Shown here: in pieces, positions 37,772 through 48,867 of the stretch
Numbering within the stretch: position 1 is the first letter of the stretch
Layout of the letters: every line of letters begins with the position of its first letter
From: Deltaproteobacteria bacterium
GTDB lineage: Bacteria > Desulfobacterota > Binatia > Binatales > Binataceae
DNA: 64,000 bases
Assembly (NCBI GenBank): GCA_021780755.1
Contig: JAJXYF010000008.1
Location: 66,621-130,620, forward strand
Reading direction: 5' to 3'
Made by a program: the position numbers and the translations under genes
Notes under the pieces: generated by a model
What the model saw: the letters and a program-made list of their open reading frames with translations, nothing else
The model's database searches: none
What the model was told of the DNA's origin: nothing

Positions 37772-40147
37772 GTGAGAGGGATCGACAGCCGTCAGGACAC
37801 CGCGGTGCTACTTGGCCAGCAGGACGAGGTGTTTGCGACACCGTGGCTCGGACAAGACGAAAACCGCGCTTCCATCGGTCATTTTTGGCTCATCCTCAAG
37901 CGCCGGGCGCGGCTCATCGCGGGGTTCACCCTGGTGACATTGATGACCACCGCGGCGACGGTATTCCTGGTCCTGCGACCGATGTACCGAGCGGGCACAG
38001 TCATACTAATCGAGCGCAACGCGCCGCAGGTGCTGGGGGCTCAAGAAGAGCTTTTTTCGCCCGACGTTCTGGATACCACGCACGACTTCTACAAAACGCA
38101 AGAAGATTTGCTAAAGAGTCATATTCTCGCCGCGCAGGTGATTCGTCAACTTGGGCTCGATCATAATCCTGCATTCTTGCAACCCTATCTGAGTGGGTTT
38201 CCCGGTTGGGCGATTGACCACGTGCGTGCGCTTTACTATGCGGCTTTCCCCGCAACGAAATCGCCCATTGCGGAAAACGCGCTTCATGTGGATCTCGGGT
38301 TGATAGATCGCTACCTGAATCGACTGAGCGTGCAGCCGACTCTGAACTCGCGCACCATGCGAGTTTCCTTTCTGACTTCAGACCCGGTGCTGTCTGCGCA
38401 CATCGCCAACGCTCATGCTGAGGCCTATATCCAGGAAGGGTTAAAACTGAGGACCGAACCTGGCGAGGAGGCCGAAGAATTTCTGCGCGAGAAGCTGAGC
38501 GATATTGAGCAGAAGCTGCGCGAGTCCGAGATTAACCTGAATAATTACCGGCGCAAAAGCGGCCTCGTATATTTGGACGAGGGTGACCTCGCCAGTACCG
38601 GCGAAAGCGACGGCAGCCATCGCACCACCGTAATTGAACGGCTCGATGAACTCAGCAAACTAATGGCGGCGGCAGAGGCCGATCGCATTGCGAAGGAAGC
38701 GGAGGCACAGCTGGTTCAGCGTCACGACTATGATGCGCTTCCGGACGTAGTCGAAAGTCCTCTGGTCCAGAACCTCAAGGAACAATTGTCAACGCTGGAA
38801 GGTCAGGAAGCTTCGCTCGCGAACACCTATACTCCCGACCATCCGAAGTTCGTCAGGGCGGACGCGCAGACCCGGGAAGTCAGGGCGCGCCTGCGACGCG
38901 AAATCTTGAACATTGCCACGGCCACGCAGGCTGCGTATCTGTCCGCTCAATCGAAGGAAGAGAATCTCAAGAATGAGATGGATGCGCTCAAGGTCGAGGC
39001 GATGAAACTCAAGGACGCCGGGGTTGAGGACGCCATCCTGACCCGCGAGGTCGACACCAATCGCCAGCTCTATGAGGGCGTGCTGCAGCGCATGAAAGAG
39101 ATGGGAATGGAAGCGCAGCTGCGGGCTTCCAACGTCTCGATAATCGATCCGGCCGTGCCGCCTCAGCAACCGGCAATCCCGCGCAAGGCCCTGAGCCTCA
39201 TTCTGGGGCTGATGGTCGGGCTGGTCGGGGGTATCGGGTTGGCGCTCCTCACCGAATATCTCGACAACACTCTCGAAACCCCGAGCGAAGTTGAGACCTG
39301 GCTGCGCCTGCCCAATCTGACGGTAGTTCCGGATTTCCTTACGATGGCGGAGCACGAAAAACATCGGAGTATCGGAACCAATGGGCACTCCGCGCTTTCG
39401 CTGAAATTGTCCGACGCCATGCCCACTAGCGCCGTCGCGCTACCTACGCTGGGCAAGACTCAATATTCGGCTGCGACCGAAGCCTTCCGCACCCTTTGCA
39501 CCGGTATCGTGCTTTCGCGGCCGGACCAACCGCCGCGCACGATGCTCTTTACCAGCACCCGCAAAGGCGAAGGCAAGAGTGTAACGGTGCTGAACACCGC
39601 TATCGCGTTTGCGCAGGCCGGACGGCGGGTGCTGGTTATCGATTGCGATCTGCGGCGCTCCCAGTGTCACCGGATTCTCGGCATCGAAAACAATTTTGGG
39701 CTGACCGAGGTCCTGACCGGACAAAAAAAGTTCGGCGAAGTCATTCGCTTGGTGATCGAGGGACAAGGGCAGGGCGGGGTGTATTTGATGACCGCGGGGT
39801 CGCGCCCGCCGAATCCCGGTGCTCTTATCGGTTCGCACAAAATGCAGCAGATACTCGATGATTTGCGCGAACAGTATGACCACGTGCTGGTCGATACGTG
39901 CCCAATCGTTCCAATGAGTGATGCGTTAATTCTCGCGACCCTGGTTGATGGCGTAGTGGTGGTGGTCGAAGCCGGCAAGACCCCGCGCAATGTCGTTCGC
40001 GATTGTGTGGTCCAACTGACGCGAGTGCATGCCCCTCTGCTTGGCGTTGTCCTTAACCGCGTCGATATGCGGCACAGCGACTACGCTTACTATTTCTATC
40101 GGCATTACTCGTCTTACTACGAGGAGGACGCCCGCGCGGCGGGCTGA
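37772..40147 (+). CDS. Wzc-like polysaccharide co-polymerase / BY tyrosine autokinase
   Basis: N-terminal Wzz domain with two TM helices and a long coiled coil. C-terminal Walker A (TSTRKGEGKSVT), Walker B (VLVDTCP), and a Tyr-rich tail (YAYYFYRHYSSYYEED). Confidence 0.8.
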   Translation: MRGIDSRQDTAVLLGQQDEVFATPWLGQDENRASIGHFWLILKRRARLIAGFTLVTLMTTAATVFLVLRPMYRAGTVILIERNAPQVLGAQEELFSPDVLDTTHDFYKTQEDLLKSHILAAQVIRQLGLDHNPAFLQPYLSGFPGWAIDHVRALYYAAFPATKSPIAENALHVDLGLIDRYLNRLSVQPTLNSRTMRVSFLTSDPVLSAHIANAHAEAYIQEGLKLRTEPGEEAEEFLREKLSDIEQKLRESEINLNNYRRKSGLVYLDEGDLASTGESDGSHRTTVIERLDELSKLMAAAEADRIAKEAEAQLVQRHDYDALPDVVESPLVQNLKEQLSTLEGQEASLANTYTPDHPKFVRADAQTREVRARLRREILNIATATQAAYLSAQSKEENLKNEMDALKVEAMKLKDAGVEDAILTREVDTNRQLYEGVLQRMKEMGMEAQLRASNVSIIDPAVPPQQPAIPRKALSLILGLMVGLVGGIGLALLTEYLDNTLETPSEVETWLRLPNLTVVPDFLTMAEHEKHRSIGTNGHSALSLKLSDAMPTSAVALPTLGKTQYSAATEAFRTLCTGIVLSRPDQPPRTMLFTSTRKGEGKSVTVLNTAIAFAQAGRRVLVIDCDLRRSQCHRILGIENNFGLTEVLTGQKKFGEVIRLVIEGQGQGGVYLMTAGSRPPNPGALIGSHKMQQILDDLREQYDHVLVDTCPIVPMSDALILATLVDGVVVVVEAGKTPRNVVRDCVVQLTRVHAPLLGVVLNRVDMRHSDYAYYFYRHYSSYYEEDARAAG

Positions 40148-41194
<1,047 letters not shown>

Positions 41195-41198
41195 AGCA

Positions 41199-42035
41199 AT
41201 GGGTGAAATAGGCGGCCACCGGATGCCGTTAATCGAGTCGAACGGCGCGCCTCGGGCCGACATCCTCGGCGTTCCGATCAGCGCGATCGACATGAACATC
41301 GCGGTTGACACGATTGCGGGCTGGATCGGCGAAGGTAAGCGACGCTACGTATGCGTATGCAATGTGCACACCGTGATGGAGTGTACACGCAGCGAATCAA
41401 TTCGTCGCATCTACCGCCAGGCCGGGATGGTCACGCCGGACGGGATGCCCTTGGTATGGGTCACGCGCCTCATGGGGTTTAAGAGCGTCGAGCGCGTTTA
41501 CGGCCCCGACTTGATGCTGGCCGTGATGGAGCGTTCAACCCAGCGCGGATGGACTCACTTCTTGTACGGTGGAGCGCCGGGAGTCGTCGAGCGACTTTCA
41601 TCGCGAATGACCGCCGCGTTTCCGGACATCAAGATCGTCGGAGAGGTCAGTCCGCCGTTTCGCCCGCTGACGCCGCTCGAAGACTCCGACATGATCAAAA
41701 AGATCAACGATTCCGGAGCGGATATCGTTTGGGCCGGAATTGGAGCGCCGCGCCAGGAACGCTGGATGGCTGAACATCGCGAGCGGCTCGCGGCGCCCGT
41801 TCTGATCGGGGTGGGCGCGGCATTTGACTTCCTCGCCGGAGTCAAGGCGCAAGCGCCCCGGTGGATGATGCGCTCGGGACTGGAGTGGATATTCCGATTA
41901 GGGTGCGAGCCGCGTCGGCTCTGGCGGCGTTACTTACTTAACAATCCGCTCTTCATGTGGTTCGTCCTACTTCAATTCCTCGGATTGAAATCGAATTTAT
42001 CGATTACATCGGGGAGCGAAAGTAATTTCCGATGA
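41199..42035 (+). CDS. WecB/TagA/CpsF-family glycosyltransferase (GT26)
   Basis: ILGVPISAIDMNIAVDTI, TPDGMPLVW, GAPRQERWM. The typical ~250-aa family length fits a start at ATG 41199. Confidence 0.75.
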   Translation: MGEIGGHRMPLIESNGAPRADILGVPISAIDMNIAVDTIAGWIGEGKRRYVCVCNVHTVMECTRSESIRRIYRQAGMVTPDGMPLVWVTRLMGFKSVERVYGPDLMLAVMERSTQRGWTHFLYGGAPGVVERLSSRMTAAFPDIKIVGEVSPPFRPLTPLEDSDMIKKINDSGADIVWAGIGAPRQERWMAEHRERLAAPVLIGVGAAFDFLAGVKAQAPRWMMRSGLEWIFRLGCEPRRLWRRYLLNNPLFMWFVLLQFLGLKSNLSITSGSESNFR

Positions 42036-43537
42036 TCGCACCAGGAGAGGCAGAGTTCTTCAGATCGCTCGCCCTGGACGAAGAGCCTGCGACCAGGTTC
42101 GAGTTCGCCGATACGTTCGGGTCGGTAAATCTGACTAAGTCGAGCTTTTGGCCGGCTCTCGCGCGAATTGCCGCAGTCGCCCTAGGTGATGTGTTGGCGC
42201 TCGCGCTGTCGGCATCGATTGGATTTCTCATCTGGGGCATGCTTGTTCTTCATCAGCCGGGCCGTCTCTATATTCCGCTTTTCGAATTCGCGCTGATGGC
42301 GCCCTTTGGGTACGCCCTGATGGGTTTATACCCGGGGTTGGGGCTTGGGCCCACTGAGATCTTCCGCCGTCTCTGCATCACCACCATATCCGCGTTTCTC
42401 GTACTTGCCGGGATGGTATTCCTGGCGAAATTGCCGTCCTACTATTCGCGGATGGTATATGGACTGACGTTGGCAACGAGCCTCGTCTTCGTGCCGACCG
42501 CGCGACTGCTGGTCAATTCGATTGGACGACGGTTTTACTGGTGGTCGAAGCCTGCGCTCTTGGCGGGCAGTGCCGAGTGGATAGCGGCCACCAGTCGCGC
42601 GCTCGAGCAGAATGATAAGCTAGGGTACAGGCCGATCGGCGCTTTGATCGAACGAGCCGATTCAAAGCGCCAGATTTCAAACGGGGCCGGCGAAGCATCT
42701 TCGGTTTCCAAGCGCGTGCTGTCCATGGCCACGCAAGGTCGATGCGTGGTGCTCGTCGAGGAACGACTGGGGCAGAGCGCGCTCGAGGCACTAATGCGAT
42801 GCTACCGTCACGTTTTGGTGCTGATGGAATACGACCGGATGCCGGTCGAAAATATGCGTCTGTTCAATTTCGGTTCGTTCGTCGGAGTTCAATTCACCAA
42901 TAATTTATTGCTCCGGCGCAATTGTGTGCTGAAGCGGGCACTCGATGTCGTTATAGGCTCGATTCTGTTAGTGCTTGCTCTGCCAGCAATCGCGATTGCT
43001 GCGCTCCTTATAGTGCTCTTCGATGGCGGCCCGGTGTTCTTCCGCCAGCAACGCGAGGGTTTCGGTGGCCGGCTCATTACTGTGTGGAAACTGCGGACTA
43101 TGCGACCCAACTCAGGCGAGGACTGGCTCGAACAGCGATTTGCCTCTGATCCGGAGCTACGCCGCCAATGGGAGAGCAGCTATAAGCTCAAGCGTGATCC
43201 GCGCCTGATCCCGGTTATCGGCAAGATCCTTCGTCGCTATAGCCTCGATGAACTGCCACAATTGTGGAATGTGGTCAAAGGCGAGATGAGTCTCGTCGGA
43301 CCGCGGCCATTTCCGGACTATCATTTGAAGCGCTTTCCAGCCGATTATCGGCGGTTGCGGCATGCGGTGCGACCGGGGCTGACCGGGCTATGGCAGGTGA
43401 GCATCCGCGGCAACGGGGATCTTCAGCAGCAGCGTCATTATGACAGTTACTATATTCGCAACTGGTCTATCTGGCTGGATTTCTACATCCTTGCGCAAAC
43501 CTTCTGGGCTTTGGTAGCAGCCCGCGGGGCCTACTAG
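42032..43537 (+). CDS. polyprenyl-phosphate sugar phosphotransferase (WbaP/EpsB-type initiating transferase)
   Basis: C-terminal bacterial sugar transferase domain (KRALDVVIGSILLVLALP...GPRPF...LTGLWQVS) preceded by TM helices. Overlaps the upstream stop (ATGA). Confidence 0.8.
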   Translation: MIAPGEAEFFRSLALDEEPATRFEFADTFGSVNLTKSSFWPALARIAAVALGDVLALALSASIGFLIWGMLVLHQPGRLYIPLFEFALMAPFGYALMGLYPGLGLGPTEIFRRLCITTISAFLVLAGMVFLAKLPSYYSRMVYGLTLATSLVFVPTARLLVNSIGRRFYWWSKPALLAGSAEWIAATSRALEQNDKLGYRPIGALIERADSKRQISNGAGEASSVSKRVLSMATQGRCVVLVEERLGQSALEALMRCYRHVLVLMEYDRMPVENMRLFNFGSFVGVQFTNNLLLRRNCVLKRALDVVIGSILLVLALPAIAIAALLIVLFDGGPVFFRQQREGFGGRLITVWKLRTMRPNSGEDWLEQRFASDPELRRQWESSYKLKRDPRLIPVIGKILRRYSLDELPQLWNVVKGEMSLVGPRPFPDYHLKRFPADYRRLRHAVRPGLTGLWQVSIRGNGDLQQQRHYDSYYIRNWSIWLDFYILAQTFWALVAARGAY

Positions 43538-43557
43538 TTTCAAAGCTCCGTTCGCGA

Positions 43558-44967
43558 TTGCGTCTTTCCATGCATAACAACCGATCGAGCGCCGGTGAGG
43601 CTCCTGACTCCCAGGCGCGAGGCGGGCCTTTCGTCGCGCGCGCCACCTGGTTGCAACGCGAGGGCTTTGCGGTCGGCGACCAGGCCCTGTTTTACGGTGC
43701 CAACTTCGCGATCAACATCCTGCTCGCAAGATGGCTCACAACCTCCGCTTATGGTGCATTTGCGGTTAGCCTCTCCGTTTTCTATTTAGCGGGCGGACTG
43801 CACACGGCGGTCCTTACCGAACCCATGATGGTGTTCGGCGCGCGCAAATATAATCACGAATATCGGCACTATCTCGGTCTATTACTGAGGTTCCATTGGC
43901 CGCTGGCATTAATGACAGCGGCCGCCATGGCCGCGGCTGGGGTCGTCGTCAACCTGGCCGGCTCGCGCGAAATGGCCGCGGCATTATGGGGCGTCGCGGT
44001 TGCCTCACCCTTCATTCTATTCGCATGGTTTATCCGTCCCGCTTCTTACGTCTGCCATGAAGCGCAATGGGCCGCCCTCGGTTCAGGAGTGTATGCGGGT
44101 GTGGCGTTAACCGGGCTCTGGCTGTTGCGCGCAATGGGCCTGCTGTCCGCGGCAAGCGCATTCGTTGCGATGGGATTCGCGTCCACTGTTGGCGCGCTCA
44201 TAACGACTGCCATGTTGCGGCCACGATGGAAGGCCAGTGAAGCGAAAGCGGTGACGGTGCGAGGCGTCCTGGATGATCACCGAGGCTACGGTAGCTGGAA
44301 TGCCATCGCGACCGTGACACAGTGGTCGTCTGGACAAATTTTGTTCGTGCTGACTCCGATATTTCTCGATCTCAAGGCTGCTGCCGCAATCGGTGTAGCC
44401 ACCACCTTAATGCGACCCCTGTTTCCGATGATCCGGTCAATCACACTGCTGATGCTTCCGCGAGTTTCGGTCGAGATCGCTAAGCGCGGCGACCGGCACG
44501 AATTGCGAAACTACGTCAGGAACTGGTTCTACACCTGTGTCGGTGGAGCGCTCTTCTATACGATCGCCATCTCGGCCTTATACGAACCGATCAGCCGCCA
44601 CCTGTTGGGGAACAAGTACCATGGATATGTCGCGGTAGTCTTTCTGTTTGGCTTGGCTTACACGGCGTCGGCGGCAATCCAGGTATTGTGCGTGGTCATC
44701 CGGGCCGCCGAAGCGACACGCCTTATCGCAGTCATCTGGGCGTTGCCGGGAGTGGTTACGCTGGTCTTGGCCTTTCCGGCTCTGCTTGAGCGGAGCCTGC
44801 TCGGAGTGGCGGGCGTCTTCACCCTCAGTTACATGGTCGCACTTGCGATCGCGGCCCGGACCAGCTCATCTCTGATGAGCGATTTCGCAAATGATCAATG
44901 TTCGGTTGAAGAGCGCGGCCTCAGCGGAGAGCCTTCCGATTCAGGAAGACTTGCATCGCGCCCGTAA
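43558..44967 (+). CDS. polysaccharide biosynthesis membrane protein (MOP-superfamily Wzx-like flippase)
   Basis: ~12 predicted TM helices, basic loops, and an N-terminal motif resembling the Polysacc_synt family. Confidence 0.5.
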   Translation: MRLSMHNNRSSAGEAPDSQARGGPFVARATWLQREGFAVGDQALFYGANFAINILLARWLTTSAYGAFAVSLSVFYLAGGLHTAVLTEPMMVFGARKYNHEYRHYLGLLLRFHWPLALMTAAAMAAAGVVVNLAGSREMAAALWGVAVASPFILFAWFIRPASYVCHEAQWAALGSGVYAGVALTGLWLLRAMGLLSAASAFVAMGFASTVGALITTAMLRPRWKASEAKAVTVRGVLDDHRGYGSWNAIATVTQWSSGQILFVLTPIFLDLKAAAAIGVATTLMRPLFPMIRSITLLMLPRVSVEIAKRGDRHELRNYVRNWFYTCVGGALFYTIAISALYEPISRHLLGNKYHGYVAVVFLFGLAYTASAAIQVLCVVIRAAEATRLIAVIWALPGVVTLVLAFPALLERSLLGVAGVFTLSYMVALAIAARTSSSLMSDFANDQCSVEERGLSGEPSDSGRLASRP

Positions 44968-47579
44968 TGGAATCTGCTCGTAATACCGAGATCCTTGTGG
45001 ACGCGGCAGATATCCGGTCTGACGAAGAATGCGGCGAGTCGCAGGTTTTGCATTCACTTGCTGCGCTTTCGACGGCGCTCGAGCGTTCGGGAGTAAAGTA
45101 CTGCGTCCTGCATGGATGGCAAACGTCCGACGTCGCGCAAGGCGATTTTGATCTTGCGATCGAACCGGACCGCGTGAAGACCCTCGAGCGCATGCTCGCA
45201 CACGACTGCGGAACTCGAATCGTGCAGCTCCTGCAGCATGAAACGACGGGGTTTTTTTTCGTGGCTCAATGCGAAGGTGATGCGAGCCTTGCGCTAGTCG
45301 ATGCCGCCTCTGACTATCGCCGGGACGGACGGATTTATATGTCCGCCGCCGATCTGCTCCACGGCACTCAGATGCGCCACGGCTTGCGAGCGGCTGGAGC
45401 AGCGACCGAATTCAAATATCTTCTGATCAAGAAAATTTCCAAACTCTCGATTCCCGCGCACCAAAGGGATCGCCTGGGAGAATTGAACGACACCCTTGGT
45501 GTGGAGGCTGGTAAAGTCACCGGCGAACTATTCGGCCAGCATGATGGCGCAAGAGTGCACGAATGGATCAATACGCGGCGGTGGGGCGATCTTGATGCGG
45601 ACCTGCCGCGTCTGCGGCGTTTGCTGCGCCGCGAGGTATTGCGGCACGATCCTTTGAATTGGCTACGGTACTGGCTTCCGGAACTGGGACGCGAATGGCG
45701 GCGCTGGCGGAATCCGACCGGACTATTCGTGGCCGTCTTAGGGCCCGATGGTGCCGGCAAAAGCACTCTTATCGACAATCTGCGTACACGCCTGCGCGGC
45801 GCGTTCCGCAATACCGACTCGTTTCACTTGCGTCCGGGCGTATTCGGCGCCCGATCCGAGGGCCCACCGGTCACTAATCCGCACGGGTTAGAATCGAGAT
45901 CGCCGGGTATTTCAGCGGCGAAAATCGCTTACTATGTCGCCGAATATGCACTGGGCTATGCCTTGAGGTTGCGGCCCGCACTGGCCCGGACCACGCTGAT
46001 TCTCTCCGATCGATATTTCGATGACCTGCTGATTGACCCTCGGCGTTATCGCTATGGTGGTCCGCAATGGCTGGTGCGCCGCGCACGTTTCTTTGTGCCG
46101 CAGCCCGACCTTTGGTTTATTCTCGATGTTCCGGAAAAGTCGCTGTTGGAGCGTAAGCGCGAAGTGTCGGACGACGAACTGTCCCGTCAGCGACGCGCGT
46201 ACCGTGAACTTGGGGCGGCGATACCAAACGCGTTCATCCTGGACGGCAGCGCGACCGCCGATCGGGTAGGTAAGGCCGCCGCCGAACTCTGCCTCGATCA
46301 CCTGCATTCGCGCTACCGGGCACGGCGAGCGATCTGGTTCCGATCGGCGGCCCAGGACGATCTGGACTGGTTGGCTTCGATCATATTTCGTCCGGCGAAA
46401 GCTCAGTTCGATGGCGGACGAAATCACCGACCGGCGCCACGCGATTCAATCCGCGAATTCAGGTTTCTCCGTCTGCGAGACGGTCGCGGATTTCTGCTGC
46501 CAAGCGGGGAAAGATTGTTACGTGCGGCGCTTGGGTTGTACAACGCGCACTCAATTAACGGCCGAGCCGCAAAGTCGGTCCTCGACCTGATTGCCAGGAT
46601 GCGTTTGACGCGTTTCGTATTGCCTCGCGTCTCGGTATCCGAAGAGCATCTGGTGGCGCCGGAAGACCGCCAACCTAACGTGCTCGATCGAATCGGCAGT
46701 ATTATGGGCAATCCTGCTCTGAAGTTCGCGGTTTCGCTCGGCACGCCTGGCCCGCATCGAAAGCCGGTCGTGCAGATTCTCGCCGATAATGGTCGGGTTA
46801 TCGGATACGCGAAGGTCGGAGCCAACGCGGAAACCAATGATCTGGTTCGCAATGAGGCGGCAACGCTCCTCAGACTAAATGACCTCAAGGATCTTCCGTT
46901 TGCGGTGCCGCGGCTCATCGCAGCGAATGAGTCCGGCGATAATTTTTTGTGTGTGCAGTCCGCGGAGGAGGGCCTGTCGCGGACGGTCCCCAATTCCTTC
47001 GGCAAAGAGTTTTTCGCGGCGCTGATTGGATTGAGCCGTATCGACTTCAAGCGAACGTCTCTTGGTGCGAGCCGATTCTGGGCTGATCTCAACCGAAAAA
47101 TAGAGCGCGTGCGTCATCCGTATTACCGTCAGATTTTTGAGCGCGGCAGCTTCTGGCTTTTGACTCACTATGCTGCTCAACCGCTGGGATTTCACGCTTC
47201 CCACGGCGATTTCGCGCCGTGGAATGCCCGGCTTCTGGGCGATCGGCTTTACCTTTTCGACTGGGAATACGCCGATCGTGAAAGGCCCGCGGGCTGGGAC
47301 CTGTTTCATTTCTTTATTCAAACTTCGGCGTTGATTAAGGGCTATTCCGCGATCCGCATTTTGCGGGACTTCGAGGAGTCCGGCGAATTCGGCCGCTGGG
47401 CGGCTCAGTATGCGAATCATATTGGCATCGTTGGCAATTCGCTTAGACCTTTGCTGCTACTTTATCTACTGAAGCAAATAGCTATTCATGCCGATGCGCG
47501 CGAAGCCGACTTGCAACAAATGCGGCGGCTGGCGACTCTCAGTTCTCTTGTGCTCGCGAATCTGGAGGCAGGTTCGTGA
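44967..47579 (+). CDS. 870-aa tri-domain protein: nucleotidyltransferase-fold N-domain, P-loop (dNK/TMPK-like) kinase domain, and APH/choline-kinase-like phosphotransferase domain
   Basis: N-domain hG[S]...GDFDLAI pattern (CVLHGWQTSDVAQGDFDLAIEP). Walker A VAVLGPDGAGKSTLIDNL with downstream LDVPEKSLLERKRE. C-terminal HGDFAPWNARLL...LFDWEYA (Brenner/APH motif). Start overlaps the upstream stop (TAATG). Stop overlaps the next start. Confidence 0.5.
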   Translation: MESARNTEILVDAADIRSDEECGESQVLHSLAALSTALERSGVKYCVLHGWQTSDVAQGDFDLAIEPDRVKTLERMLAHDCGTRIVQLLQHETTGFFFVAQCEGDASLALVDAASDYRRDGRIYMSAADLLHGTQMRHGLRAAGAATEFKYLLIKKISKLSIPAHQRDRLGELNDTLGVEAGKVTGELFGQHDGARVHEWINTRRWGDLDADLPRLRRLLRREVLRHDPLNWLRYWLPELGREWRRWRNPTGLFVAVLGPDGAGKSTLIDNLRTRLRGAFRNTDSFHLRPGVFGARSEGPPVTNPHGLESRSPGISAAKIAYYVAEYALGYALRLRPALARTTLILSDRYFDDLLIDPRRYRYGGPQWLVRRARFFVPQPDLWFILDVPEKSLLERKREVSDDELSRQRRAYRELGAAIPNAFILDGSATADRVGKAAAELCLDHLHSRYRARRAIWFRSAAQDDLDWLASIIFRPAKAQFDGGRNHRPAPRDSIREFRFLRLRDGRGFLLPSGERLLRAALGLYNAHSINGRAAKSVLDLIARMRLTRFVLPRVSVSEEHLVAPEDRQPNVLDRIGSIMGNPALKFAVSLGTPGPHRKPVVQILADNGRVIGYAKVGANAETNDLVRNEAATLLRLNDLKDLPFAVPRLIAANESGDNFLCVQSAEEGLSRTVPNSFGKEFFAALIGLSRIDFKRTSLGASRFWADLNRKIERVRHPYYRQIFERGSFWLLTHYAAQPLGFHASHGDFAPWNARLLGDRLYLFDWEYADRERPAGWDLFHFFIQTSALIKGYSAIRILRDFEESGEFGRWAAQYANHIGIVGNSLRPLLLLYLLKQIAIHADAREADLQQMRRLATLSSLVLANLEAGS

Positions 47580-48859
47580 AAACCGGGCTGAAAGTGCTGG
47601 TGTCTGCTTACTCATGCCAGCCGGGCCATGGCTCGGAGCCTGGCGTAGGTTGGGACTGGATCAGACAGATCGCGCGTTTTCATGAAGTGTGGGCGATCAC
47701 GCGAGCGAACAACCGTGGCCCAATTGAGAAAGCGCTCATCCGCGAGCCGCTTCCCAATGTTCATTTCATTTATTTCGATTTACCCGCATGGGCGCGCTTT
47801 TGGAAACGGGGTTCGCGAGGAGTTGCACTCTACTACTACCTTTGGCAGGCCGCGATTTATCCAATTGCCCGCCGGATCGATCGGTCGGAGAGCTTCGACT
47901 TGGTGCACCATGTAACCTTCGGGAAATACTGGGCGCCGAGCTTTCTCTGTCTGCTCGACGCACCCTTCATCTGGGGCCCGGTCGGCGGAGGGGAGTCAGC
48001 ACCGGGGTCATTTTGGGATGGATACGGATGGCGAGGATGCCTGTACGAGTGTTCACGCAATCTTGCCCGCAGGCTTTCGGAATTCGATCCGTTCATTCGA
48101 ATGACAGCCAGAAAAGCATGTCTTGGGCTTGCGAAGACTCCGGAGACGGCGAAGCGGATGGAGCGGGTCGGGTGCCGTTCGGTGAAGATCTATTCAGAGA
48201 TAAGCCTGCCGCGCGAAGAAATCGCCGCCTTGACTCTTATTCCGCAGCACCGCGGGACACCCGTCCGATTCATCAGTACGGGACGTCTATTGCATTGGAA
48301 GGGGTTCCATCTTGCGCTAGAGGCCTTTGCCCGGATTAAGCGTCAGTTCGGCGACGTTCAATATACGCTGGTGGGCGATGGCCCCGAGCGCCTTCGGCTG
48401 GAGCGACTTGCCGAAAGATTGTCGATCGCCGACCGGGTCAAATTTCTCGGCGCCGTCCCGCGTAGTGAGGCGCTCGCGCAATTGGCGGCGAGCGATATCG
48501 TTCTGCATCCCAGCCTTCACGACTCAAGCGGATGGGTGTGTATCGAGGCGATGGCGGCCGGACGGCCCATCGTGTGCCTCGACTGTGGTGGCCCGGCGCA
48601 ACAGGTCACGGACGACACCGCAATAAAAGTTTCGGCCGCGACCGGCGCCGCAGCGGTCGATGGCCTCTCGTCCGCGATCCTGCGCCTTGCGCGTGACCCT
48701 GATCTGCGCCAGCGTTTGGGTGACGCGGGACGTCGACGCGTCGCGCAGGAGTTCGCGTCAGAGAGCCGGGCCACAACGCTTGCCGCAATTTACGAGGAAG
48801 TACTAGATGTGCCGAGCGGCTCCGCACTCGACGTGCGTAAAGCAGCCGGAACCAGTTAG
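47576..48859 (+). CDS. glycosyltransferase family 4
   Basis: GT-B fold with E-x7-E region (GWVCIEAMAAGRPIVCLDCGGPAQQV) and GT4 N-terminal domain. Confidence 0.75.
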   Translation: MKTGLKVLVSAYSCQPGHGSEPGVGWDWIRQIARFHEVWAITRANNRGPIEKALIREPLPNVHFIYFDLPAWARFWKRGSRGVALYYYLWQAAIYPIARRIDRSESFDLVHHVTFGKYWAPSFLCLLDAPFIWGPVGGGESAPGSFWDGYGWRGCLYECSRNLARRLSEFDPFIRMTARKACLGLAKTPETAKRMERVGCRSVKIYSEISLPREEIAALTLIPQHRGTPVRFISTGRLLHWKGFHLALEAFARIKRQFGDVQYTLVGDGPERLRLERLAERLSIADRVKFLGAVPRSEALAQLAASDIVLHPSLHDSSGWVCIEAMAAGRPIVCLDCGGPAQQVTDDTAIKVSAATGAAAVDGLSSAILRLARDPDLRQRLGDAGRRRVAQEFASESRATTLAAIYEEVLDVPSGSALDVRKAAGTS

Positions 48860-48867
48860 GCAATAGT

